Below, in pieces: positions 25,062 through 33,836 of a stretch of DNA of 64,000 nucleotides (the stretch's first letter is position 1; each line of letters starts with the position of its first letter). The DNA comes from Campylobacterota bacterium. GTDB taxonomy: Bacteria > Campylobacterota > Campylobacteria > Campylobacterales > Sulfurovaceae. The notes below the pieces were generated by a model. That model did no database searches, was not told where the DNA came from, and was given only the letters and a program-made list of their open reading frames with translations. The position numbers were made by a program, and so were the translations under genes. The stretch lies in NCBI GenBank assembly GCA_034660455.1, contig JAYEJF010000035.1, positions 16,436 to 80,435 of the forward strand, written 5' to 3'.

Positions 25062-25454
25062 TACCCAAATCAATCTATACGGTACCACCCTATAACAGGA
25101 AAGTTTCTTGAACATTTTGGAGCCTTTTTAGATATAAACTTCCGTACTTATGATTATTATGTAGGGGTCTATGATGCCATTTATCATCTTGCCAGTGCAT
25201 TACAAAAAAAATTTAAAATATATGCTGTTTATTCCAAGACGGATTTAATGAACAGACTTAAAACAAGATTAGGATTAGATAATAATCCTGATGCCTTGGC
25301 TGCTTATACCCTCTTTTTAAATACTGAATTTAAGCAAGTAAAACCAAAAACAACGGATCGATTTTCTGCTATCTATAAAGAGAATATAGATACGAATCAT
25401 CTCTACTTTGGAATCGAAAATATCCCAAGTCTTATCTATTGGTTAAATAGGTAA
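25062..25454 (+). pseudogene. start-less 3-prime remnant of a patatin-like phospholipase C-terminal (DUF3376-like) region
   Basis: The frame is open from 25062 with no ATG/GTG/TTG start before the ATG at 25248. The hand translation YPNQSIRYHPITGKFLEHFGAFLDINFRTYDYYVGVYDAIYHLASALQ.. resembles the FGGFL..R..Dy.wGr.da motif. It overlaps the 3-prime end of the convergent hydrolase gene. Confidence 0.35.
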
Positions 25455-26194
25455 TACGATATCTCTTTCACTGCTTCCACAATAACTTGAGGCTTTTCAT
25501 ACTGTATCAAGTGTCCACTCTCTACCCATGTTTGTTTGGCAAAAGGGTAAAAGTCTTGATAGGCTTTTTGATGGGCGATGGAGGTTTCTATCATCTTAGT
25601 TGTGGTGCATCTGTTGGCTTGACTATCCGCTTGTAATGCACTCAGAAGGTGTATAGGAAGCGTAGCATCCAACTTAGGTTTTAACAAAAGGGCTTGGGCT
25701 ATTTTGGCGATATTCTCATCGATGTTATCTACCTTATCTTCTTGCTCTATACTTTCAGGATAGACAGCATCTACAAGTACTACCCCTGCTACCTCATGGG
25801 GGTATCTTTGTGCGAAGTGTTGGCTATAGAGTCCCCCCAAAGAGTGTCCTACCAAGATATAAGGAGGGTTGAGAGACTTGGCTTGAAGCATCATACGTAC
25901 ATGATGAAGGGTGTCGTTAATATGGGCTTCTATATGCTCTATCTCTTGACCTTCTAACCCTTCATCTACTCTATCATACGCAAAAACGCTATAGTTTTCA
26001 GAGAGTGTCAAAAAAGCACTATCCCAATACTTCATACATGAGATCCCCAAACAAAAGCCACTTTCAAACACAATGGTAGGACTACCGTTTGCAATGCTGG
26101 CACAAGAGACCTTTTGATTGTCTATTACCCTATCACACCTTGTTCTTACAAAATCTCGTAAGGGCTTTTTGAGAAGCATTCTATAGTATTTCAT
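25436..26194 (-). CDS. alpha/beta-fold hydrolase
   Basis: It has the nucleophile elbow LVGHSLGG and a late ESGH motif. Its start overlaps the cobB stop by 4 nt. Confidence 0.75.
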   Translation of the reverse strand: MKYYRMLLKKPLRDFVRTRCDRVIDNQKVSCASIANGSPTIVFESGFCLGISCMKYWDSAFLTLSENYSVFAYDRVDEGLEGQEIEHIEAHINDTLHHVRMMLQAKSLNPPYILVGHSLGGLYSQHFAQRYPHEVAGVVLVDAVYPESIEQEDKVDNIDENIAKIAQALLLKPKLDATLPIHLLSALQADSQANRCTTTKMIETSIAHQKAYQDFYPFAKQTWVESGHLIQYEKPQVIVEAVKEISYYLFNQ

Positions 26195-26913
26195 CCATTC
26201 ATATGGCTATCAATCAATGCCATCATCTCCTCCATCGCCTCGCTTCCTTTCTTTTGGATAAAGTGCTCAAAATAGTCATCTACATAACTATGAGGGTCAT
26301 ACATACTCACCGTCTCTTGACGTTTGGGGTCTATTAAAATGGAGTGTGTAAAGTTTTTGGCAATAGCGGTGATATCAATCACAGCCCCACTTGTACCAAT
26401 GGCAATAAATAAAGAACATGCTTTCATCGCCTCATAGATATGGCTATATGCAGGGGCAGCCTCTCCAAACATCACCACATTATGGCGTATTCGCTTATTG
26501 CCGCAATGTGGACATGTTTTATGCTTTTCTTGAGAGTCGTACCCTACATAAAAAATCTCTGTACACGATTCACAACGCAAATGTGTGAGGGTGCCATGCA
26601 GATGAATTACCTCTTTACTCCCTGCCCTTTCACACAAATCATCCACATTTTGTGTAAGATGCATCACCCTCCCACGGTACTTTTCCTCTAGTGTAGCGAA
26701 TACTTCATGGGCATGATTTGGTTTTTTATCTTCTATATCTCTTCGTCGATCATTATAGAACTTTGTCACAAGTTTTCTATCTTCTATCCACCCTTGTGTA
26801 GAGCAGACTTTCATCACATCATAGTTTTCCCAAAGCCCATCGTGGTCTCGAAAGGTGCTTATGCCACTCTCTGCTGAGAGCCCTGCACCACTTAGTATCA
26901 TTATCTTTTTCAT
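26191..26913 (-). CDS. cobB: NAD-dependent protein deacylase, Sir2 family
   Basis: It carries the motifs GAGLSAESGISTFRD, QNVDDLCERAG and the Zn ribbon CESC..CPHCG. Confidence 0.85.
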   Translation of the reverse strand: MKKIMILSGAGLSAESGISTFRDHDGLWENYDVMKVCSTQGWIEDRKLVTKFYNDRRRDIEDKKPNHAHEVFATLEEKYRGRVMHLTQNVDDLCERAGSKEVIHLHGTLTHLRCESCTEIFYVGYDSQEKHKTCPHCGNKRIRHNVVMFGEAAPAYSHIYEAMKACSLFIAIGTSGAVIDITAIAKNFTHSILIDPKRQETVSMYDPHSYVDDYFEHFIQKKGSEAMEEMMALIDSHMNG

Positions 26914-26987
26914 CGTTGTTTCTCCTCTTAAATGATTTTGTAACCACTGCTTATTTTATTCATTTACCCTCTTTTATCGGTTTTTTA

Positions 26988-27004
26988 TATTATTACCGCA
27001 CTAA
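26988..27004 (-). promoter_or_regulatory. 17-nt motif tattattaccgcactaa, copy 2
   Basis: It is identical to 23888-23904 and lies 74 nt upstream of the cobB ATG (26913). Confidence 0.4.
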
Positions 27005-27096
27005 ACTTCCAATAACTTGATAAAGAGACATTAATCACATACAAAAACCACCAATTAAACTATAAACTACACGCAACATTAAATAAAGGAAACAAT

Positions 27097-27258
27097 ATGA
27101 AAGCAGTTTTAACAAAAAACTTAACACAATCAAATACAACTATTAATACCCTTTATCTTGATGGAAATTCATATGAAATTCCATCACCCTCAATTAAGAT
27201 GCAAAATACCCATGGAGTTTGTTGTAAATCAGGAGGTGAGTTATGTCAAACAACTTAA
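27097..27258 (+). CDS. possible 53-aa small ORF (MKAVLTKNLTQSNTTINTLYLDGNSYEIPSPSIKMQNTHGVCCKSGGELCQTT)
   Basis: This is a hand translation of an ORF below the track cutoff. AAAGGAAACAAT precedes the ATG. It overlaps the thiE start by 16 nt. The segment LYLDGNSYEIP faintly resembles the ThiS N-terminus. Confidence 0.2.
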   Translation: MKAVLTKNLTQSNTTINTLYLDGNSYEIPSPSIKMQNTHGVCCKSGGELCQTT

Positions 27259-27863
27259 GAGGTTTATATGTCATTACGGATGACACCTTAACACCCGATG
27301 CAACACTATTTGAACAGGTTGAAGCTGCCCTTAAGGGTGGTGCTACAATTGTGCAATTAAGAGACAAACACAATCCTATTAAAATAGTACGCGAAAAGGC
27401 CATCAAAATACAAAAACTTTGTCATCAATACCATGCACTGTTTGTTTTAAATGACAAAGTAGATATGGCAATCGAGTTACAATGTGACGGACTTCACATT
27501 GGTAAAAGTGACCATGAGAGGTTTGATGAGATTAGAAAAGCGTTTAAAGGCATCATTGGGATATCGTGTTATGCTGATATTCCTAAAGCCAAAGATTTTC
27601 AAGACAGAGGTGCAGACTATGTAGCGTTTGGATCTTTCTATACTTCACCAACAAAACCCACATCCAATATCATACCACTTGAGATTATACGTGATGCCAA
27701 AAAACAGCTCCACATTCCTGTCTGTGCCATTGGAGGTATCAATATAAATTATATTGCAGATATTATGGAGCATAAACCCGATATGGTAAGTATCATCAGT
27801 GATATTTGGAATGCCGAAAATATAGAAAAAAAATCAAAATTTTATACAAGTCAATTTCACTAA
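27243..27863 (+). CDS. thiE: thiamine-phosphate synthase
   Basis: It has an AGGAGG SD, the LYVITD start motif, and VQLRDK, GLHIG and AIGGI motifs. Confidence 0.85.
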   Translation: MSNNLRGLYVITDDTLTPDATLFEQVEAALKGGATIVQLRDKHNPIKIVREKAIKIQKLCHQYHALFVLNDKVDMAIELQCDGLHIGKSDHERFDEIRKAFKGIIGISCYADIPKAKDFQDRGADYVAFGSFYTSPTKPTSNIIPLEIIRDAKKQLHIPVCAIGGININYIADIMEHKPDMVSIISDIWNAENIEKKSKFYTSQFH

Positions 27864-27897
27864 AATCAGCACCTTTACCAAAGAAGACATTGTATCC

Positions 27898-28743
27898 TTA
27901 CGGCATGACCTTCCCAAATACTTTTCTTAGCTCCTTGGTTGTTTGGTGTACCGGATTTGTACGAATCATTTTCTCTGATTGTCCTATCATAAAATAGATA
28001 GCATCAATGGTATGCTCTGTTACATACTCTTCTATGTTCACACCATCTTGTGGAATGTACTTTTTGACCCCTAGTTTTTTTGCCATACCCATAAAGTTTG
28101 TCATTTTGGCAAAAGTTTTCATCATTGGGTCAGCAACTTTTTTCACTGCATCGTAGTATTTATATACTTTGTTTGTTTTCATCTCTTTGATAATAATAGG
28201 TGTTATGAGCTCTTTAAGCTCTTCTCTTGTATGCCGTTTAAAATAATCGGTTGCAGGACTCCCGTCCATCATTAAAATATCTGCAGCCTTGTTAAACGTC
28301 ATATCATCAATTGAGGTTACGAAGATACCTGCGGTTTGTGGTGCTGCACGGGCAGCCGCTCTGTTCATGGAAAGTATAAATTCATCAATCATATCTCCGC
28401 CGCCTGCTGCTCGTATCATCGTCTCCATTTGAGAAAATGGTGGTGGCAAGGGAATCCTGACAGCTGCATTATCCATAAAGCCGCCTTTTTTCCCTAAGGT
28501 GTCCACAGCTTTATTCACACCTATTTTTAACGCCTGTTTAAATGCTTTGGTAATGAGATCAGTACTCAATGCACCCATCGTCATCGTCTCTACAACTTCT
28601 TTTGCACTCATATCAGAAGGGTGTCGAAACTTTTTAAAATCTTTTATTTTACGCTCAACTTTATCTTTGAAATCATCAAAACTACCTGCTTCAAGCGATA
28701 ATGTTGTGGTGAGTATGCCCGTGATTAAAATAATCTTCTTCAT
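27898..28743 (-). CDS. DUF4197-family periplasmic protein
   Basis: It has a signal peptide. The stretch FKQALKIGVNKAVDTLGKKGGFMDNAAVRIPLPP fits the DUF4197 pattern. Confidence 0.6.
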   Translation of the reverse strand: MKKIILITGILTTTLSLEAGSFDDFKDKVERKIKDFKKFRHPSDMSAKEVVETMTMGALSTDLITKAFKQALKIGVNKAVDTLGKKGGFMDNAAVRIPLPPPFSQMETMIRAAGGGDMIDEFILSMNRAAARAAPQTAGIFVTSIDDMTFNKAADILMMDGSPATDYFKRHTREELKELITPIIIKEMKTNKVYKYYDAVKKVADPMMKTFAKMTNFMGMAKKLGVKKYIPQDGVNIEEYVTEHTIDAIYFMIGQSEKMIRTNPVHQTTKELRKVFGKVMP

Positions 28744-28785
28744 TTTCTTTCCTTATATCACAAATTCTATTGTAACGAACAAATA

Positions 28786-29769
28786 TTATTTTTTACATAC
28801 ATCACCATCTAAATTACAATGATTTTGAAGGATATCATTGATAATGATATACCCATGGTTAAGTGCAGAGGCAATAGACCCTCCTAGATGACCGGCAATA
28901 TCACCTGCAATATAGACGCCTTGCGAATTTAGATTGCTTTCATTGACGATTGGCGTTCCTTTTTCATTGAGCACAAGAGTGGTATTTTGAAGAAACTCTT
29001 TTGGGGTAGATCCGCCAAGCCCGTAAATAATCCTATCATACATAGCGATACTGCCGTCATCGTATGTTACTTTTGCTTTACCCTCAACATCCTCAACAGA
29101 GACAATATCGACACCCAGTTTTAACGCTATTTTTCCCTCATTGACCTTCTCCATCAGATTGTTTATGTTTTTAGCATTTGGTCGTGTCAGTTGGGCTTTT
29201 CTGTAGTTTAAGGTAAGGGTGTTGTTGTCATGAATATAGTAGGCAAACTCAACCGCACTGTCTCCACCTCCTACAACCAAAACCGCTTCCTCTCCTGGAC
29301 ATGTCAAGATGTTAAAATTAATAATTTTATTAAGAGATTTTGGAATCTTATACTCAGGCTTATTGGGTTTTCCCATTTTTCCAATAGCGACAATAATATT
29401 TTTTGCACGATAGACTTCATTGGTATTGGTCATAATTTCAAATAGATTGTTCTCTTGGGTGATACCTGATACTTCTGTATGAAATTTTGCATTGATTAAA
29501 TGTTTATCAAGGGAGTCTTTAAATAAGTCTAAGGTACTCTCTTTCGTACCGCCATCAAAATTTATATGTCCCTGAAGGGTCACATCGATGCCTTTCCAGA
29601 CTTTATCGACGGGTTTGTTATCTTTAAAGTATTTTCGAATGGTGTCAGAGTGATTGTCACTTTTTTCAAAAAGTAGTATATCTTTTATGCCCAAAATAAC
29701 TGCCTCACACGCAGTGGCAATACCTGCAGGTCCTGCACCGATAATCGCTATGTCGTAAATTTTATTCAT
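28786..29769 (-). CDS. NAD(P)/FAD-dependent oxidoreductase (thioredoxin-reductase-like fold)
   Basis: It has two dinucleotide motifs, IAIIGAGPAG and VVGGGDSAVE. The ATG at 29767-29769 is preceded by GAGGTG, so I prefer it to the track start at 29781. Confidence 0.75.
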   Translation of the reverse strand: MNKIYDIAIIGAGPAGIATACEAVILGIKDILLFEKSDNHSDTIRKYFKDNKPVDKVWKGIDVTLQGHINFDGGTKESTLDLFKDSLDKHLINAKFHTEVSGITQENNLFEIMTNTNEVYRAKNIIVAIGKMGKPNKPEYKIPKSLNKIINFNILTCPGEEAVLVVGGGDSAVEFAYYIHDNNTLTLNYRKAQLTRPNAKNINNLMEKVNEGKIALKLGVDIVSVEDVEGKAKVTYDDGSIAMYDRIIYGLGGSTPKEFLQNTTLVLNEKGTPIVNESNLNSQGVYIAGDIAGHLGGSIASALNHGYIIINDILQNHCNLDGDVCKK

Positions 29770-29821
29770 ACTACACCTCATAGTGGTTTTTTATTCTTTA
29801 GGTCACCTCTAATAATAAGTA

Positions 29822-30709
29822 TCAATCCCGAGAAACGTTTCGTTTGGATCTTTTTACTTTATAGAGACTTAAGTCTGCACGTTTGATGATGGTATCTATA
29901 TCTTCATCATAGTCATCCACTTCTGCCATACCAATACTAACAGAAAACTCTACTGCTACACCTAAGAGCAGATGTCTTTTTGAGATATTATCTTGAATTT
30001 TTTTAACAACACCTAAAGCCTTCTGCTTATTGGTATGCGCCATCATGATGACAAATTCATCACCACCAAACCTTGCAAAACAATCATCTTCTCCAAGTTC
30101 ACTTTTAACGACCTTCACAAATGCCCTCATCACCTCATCACCTACATCATGACCGAAAGTGTCATTAATTACTTTAAATTTATCAAAATCTATCACAAAT
30201 ACATAAAGTGGTAAAGACTCTGATTTTGCTGATGCGAACATCGCCTTTGCATTTTCAAAGAAATGGCGTCGATTTGCTATACCTGTCAAAGGATCTTCAT
30301 TTGCCAGCTTTTCAAGTTCATCCATCACGCTTTTCAGCTTAAGATGGGTTTCTACACGTGCCAACACTTCTTTTGGTCTGTAAGGTTTAGCAATATAATC
30401 CACACCTCCCACATCAAACCCTTTCACAACACTTTCTGAATCTGTATGAGCAGAAAGAAACAATACAGGGATATCTCTTGTTTTAGGATTTAACTTGATA
30501 ATGGAACAGACTTCATAACCACTCATACCGGGCATACTTACATCCAATAAAATAAGATCTGGTATCTCTTGTTCAATTTGATCCAAAGCCCTTTCTCCAT
30601 CGACTGCTACAGAAATATCATATTTTGCCAATAAGCCAAGTAAAATATCAATATTACTAGGATGATCATCAATGATTAAGATACTAGGAATAGCGTGAGG
30701 TATCATCAA
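29822..30709 (-). CDS. response regulator-diguanylate cyclase (REC-GGDEF)
   Basis: The REC domain reads ILIIDDHPSN..LLDVSMPGMSG and the active site reads RFGGDEFVI. Confidence 0.85.
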   Translation of the reverse strand: MMIPHAIPSILIIDDHPSNIDILLGLLAKYDISVAVDGERALDQIEQEIPDLILLDVSMPGMSGYEVCSIIKLNPKTRDIPVLFLSAHTDSESVVKGFDVGGVDYIAKPYRPKEVLARVETHLKLKSVMDELEKLANEDPLTGIANRRHFFENAKAMFASAKSESLPLYVFVIDFDKFKVINDTFGHDVGDEVMRAFVKVVKSELGEDDCFARFGGDEFVIMMAHTNKQKALGVVKKIQDNISKRHLLLGVAVEFSVSIGMAEVDDYDEDIDTIIKRADLSLYKVKRSKRNVSRD

Positions 30710-31065
30710 TCTTTTATCAATCTTTTTATTTTTGATCGTAAGATAGCAGCTTCAAAAGGTTTACCGATAAAATCATCTGCTCCTGCTTCATAAGCACTAT
30801 CTTCTAGTATATCATGTGCAGCTGTCATAAAAACTACAGGAATATGTTGCGTTCTTTTCTCACTCTTTAGTTTCTTACACACTTCAAGCCCACTCATCTC
30901 AGCCATTATAATATCCAATACCATAAGATCGGGGAGTTCCTCTTCAATAGCTTCAAAAGCCTCTTTTGCGCTCAGAGCAACACGCATATCATACTCAGTG
31001 CCTAAAGCATTCAATAAAATAGTGATATTTAAATCATTATCATCTACTAGTAATATTGTTTTCAC
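30706..31065 (-). CDS. single-domain CheY-like response regulator
   Basis: The REC motifs are [30 protein letters not shown]. It has 4-nt overlaps with both neighbours. Confidence 0.85.
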   Translation of the reverse strand: MKTILLVDDNDLNITILLNALGTEYDMRVALSAKEAFEAIEEELPDLMVLDIIMAEMSGLEVCKKLKSEKRTQHIPVVFMTAAHDILEDSAYEAGADDFIGKPFEAAILRSKIKRLIKD

Positions 31066-33704
31066 TTTATCTCCTCTATAGCGAGTAATGCTTCTTTAAA
31101 TTTATATCGTTTTAAGGAAAAGACTACGCGTTCAAGCGCCTCTTTATACTCCATTGGCCAGGCATAATCTTGAAGTTCTTTTGAGAGTTTTTTACAGGGT
31201 AATGCTTTTCTTTTTTTAGCGTGTATCTCTATTTTATCAAGTAATGTATCTAAATATTTTTTTTCTATCATACTTTTCTTTTTTGTCACTTCCGTCTTGT
31301 TCTCTTTCAATGTTTGTATTGAAGAGAGAAGGGTTTCAAATACCTCTTTATATCGATAAAGCCAAAGGTCAAACTGATTCTCTTTTTGCGCTAAAGCATT
31401 CTCAAAGAGTTCCATCATTTTAAATAAACTCTCTGCTCCTATATTTCCAGATGTCCCCTTGATATTATGGGCTAGTTGGGAAGCTTCTTCTAACTTAGAC
31501 TCTTTCAAAAGTCTTTCAAATACGGCAACTGAATCTCTAAAAAAATCAGCAAAATCAAACAAAATATTTTGATAAAGGTTCACATCACCGCCTACGCGTT
31601 CTAACCCCTCTTTAAAGTTCAATTCTTGCATGCTAGAGATGCTTTGAAGCGTCGTTTTTAATGCTTCATCTTTTTCTTTCTCCTCTTGCAGTGCTAAAGC
31701 ATTGACCTTCTTTGGGATATATTTTAAAAGCAAAGCATAGAAGCTCTGCACATCAATAGGTTTTCCAAGATGCTCTTCCATGCCTACTTCTTTTGCCTTG
31801 TCAATATCTTTTTGCATCGCATTGGCTGTCAATGCTATCACAGGAGTATCATCATATTTTCTATTTTGACGTAATTCTAAAGTTGCTTCATAGCCATCCA
31901 TTATAGGCATATTGATATCCATAAAAACCATCTCTATATACTTATGTTTCATTAATTTCTCTAAGGCTTCTTTTCCATTATTGGCAATAATAACCTCAAT
32001 GCCCGTATCTTCAAGTAGCCCAAGTATAACTGTTTGATTAATCATGTTATCTTCAGCCAACAAGATACAGCTGCCCCTTAAAATAGAAAGATCATGTTTT
32101 GTCACTTTAGGCATTGTTTGTCTATGTTTGACGCTCTCTTTAGAAAAAAGCTCCAATATCACAGAAAATATCATCTGCTGACTAAACGGTTTTGCCAAAT
32201 GTGCATGAATGAAAACCCCCTTATAGACCTTTTCACTCATAATCTGTAACCCTCGTTGCATCAAGACAATTTTTGCTTGAGAACCTTTCGTTATTACATC
32301 ACTCTGACATACCTCTATCATCTGTTTATCTATAAAAATAATATCAAAAGAGTGATGTTCTATCAAAGAATTCACTTCTTCTGCACTTGAGGCATGAAAT
32401 GCTCTATACTGAAAATACTCAAGCATACGTGTTAAAGCTGAAGAAGATTTGCTATTCACATCTGCGATCAATACTTTTTTCTTCATCAAACTTCGTGAAG
32501 GTAGTCGGTAAGATCTTCGTTCTAACGCTTCTGTCTCTAAAGTAAATATAAAATGACTTCCCTTACCATATTCACTCTCCACCCAAATAGTACCACCCAT
32601 GAGCTCTACCAATTGTTTAGAGATGGTTAGTCCTAAGCCAGTACCTCCATATTTTCGACTGGTTGAACTATCTGCTTGTGAAAAAGATTGAAACAATCTG
32701 CCTATTTGCTCATTTGTAAGTCCTATACCTGTATCACTCACCTCAAACTGTAACATCGTTTTTCCATTAGAGGTCGGTAACATGACTGTTTTTAACACAA
32801 CCTCTCCCTCTTCTGTAAACTTCACAGCGTTATTCATCAAATTAACAATAACCTGTCCTAGACGAAGGGGGTCTCCTTTGATCATAGAGGGTACAGTGTT
32901 ATCTATGTCAAATATCAGTTCAAGACCCTTCTCTTCTGCTTTCACGGAAATCATATTAGAAATATTTTCCAAGGTAGTATTGAGATTAAACGCTATATTT
33001 TCTACATCAAGTTTGCCTGCCTCAATTTTGGAAAAATCCAAAATATCGTTGATGATACCAAGCAGAAGATCTCCAGAGTTTTTGATCTTGGAGAGATAGT
33101 CAAACTGCTTTTTATCTAAAGAGGTTTCCAACAAAATATGACTAAGCCCGATAATAGCATTCATCGGTGTACGTATCTCATGTGACATATTTGCCAAAAA
33201 CTCATCTTTTGCCTTGGTAGCAAACTTAGCGCTCTCAAGGGCTTCTTCAAGCTCACTTTTATACGTTGATTCCATCTTTTCATAATGGTATCTTTTAGAA
33301 GCTTTATAGAGTGTTTGATAAAGCTGTTCTGAGTGTGAAGGCTTCAATAAAAAATGATTAATTCCCATATCGATTATATCAAGAAGATAATCACGTTCAT
33401 TATGTACAGAATGTATAATGATAATCTGTTCACTGTGAAGAGCCAATATCTTTTTACTCATCTTCATACCGTCAAGTATCGGCATACGAATATCAGTAAT
33501 GACTATATCAGGATAGCTATGGTGTGTATCTTTATAATGGATAAAATGTTCTAATCCTTCCTGCCCGTTTTTAGCGACAATCACATTTTGAAAAAAACTT
33601 TTCAAAATTTCACTCATCTCTGCACGTATAGCACTATCATCTTCCACATATAGTACTGTGAGACTACTGCTATACTCTAAAACTTGATCTATCTTTATGC
33701 CCAT
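31062..33704 (-). CDS. hybrid sensor histidine kinase (REC-HisKA-HATPase-REC-like-REC-HPt)
   Basis: Motifs present are [60 protein letters not shown] and the HPt motif [13 protein letters not shown]. Confidence 0.85.
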   Translation of the reverse strand: MGIKIDQVLEYSSSLTVLYVEDDSAIRAEMSEILKSFFQNVIVAKNGQEGLEHFIHYKDTHHSYPDIVITDIRMPILDGMKMSKKILALHSEQIIIIHSVHNERDYLLDIIDMGINHFLLKPSHSEQLYQTLYKASKRYHYEKMESTYKSELEEALESAKFATKAKDEFLANMSHEIRTPMNAIIGLSHILLETSLDKKQFDYLSKIKNSGDLLLGIINDILDFSKIEAGKLDVENIAFNLNTTLENISNMISVKAEEKGLELIFDIDNTVPSMIKGDPLRLGQVIVNLMNNAVKFTEEGEVVLKTVMLPTSNGKTMLQFEVSDTGIGLTNEQIGRLFQSFSQADSSTSRKYGGTGLGLTISKQLVELMGGTIWVESEYGKGSHFIFTLETEALERRSYRLPSRSLMKKKVLIADVNSKSSSALTRMLEYFQYRAFHASSAEEVNSLIEHHSFDIIFIDKQMIEVCQSDVITKGSQAKIVLMQRGLQIMSEKVYKGVFIHAHLAKPFSQQMIFSVILELFSKESVKHRQTMPKVTKHDLSILRGSCILLAEDNMINQTVILGLLEDTGIEVIIANNGKEALEKLMKHKYIEMVFMDINMPIMDGYEATLELRQNRKYDDTPVIALTANAMQKDIDKAKEVGMEEHLGKPIDVQSFYALLLKYIPKKVNALALQEEKEKDEALKTTLQSISSMQELNFKEGLERVGGDVNLYQNILFDFADFFRDSVAVFERLLKESKLEEASQLAHNIKGTSGNIGAESLFKMMELFENALAQKENQFDLWLYRYKEVFETLLSSIQTLKENKTEVTKKKSMIEKKYLDTLLDKIEIHAKKRKALPCKKLSKELQDYAWPMEYKEALERVVFSLKRYKFKEALLAIEEIK

Positions 33705-33836
33705 ATTTATACTTTTTTACCACTATTTTAACATAAGAAAATATTCAAAATGTCATCAAATCACTTATTATTTAAAAGTTATTTAAATTTATACTTTTTA
33801 CGATATTATCCCTAAATAAAATATTAAAGAGAAGCC

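Noticed and set aside
25248-25454. The 68-aa track ORF considered as an independent small gene
   Set aside because: The frame continues open upstream with protein-like sequence but has no start. It is therefore better explained as part of a truncated gene remnant (see the pseudogene feature).
26914-27242. A TPP riboswitch upstream of thiE (also checked at 39151-39362 upstream of tenA)
   Set aside because: Neither the CUGAGA element nor the conserved pyrimidine-sensing helix sequence is visible by eye. I cannot run a covariance model, so absence is provisional.
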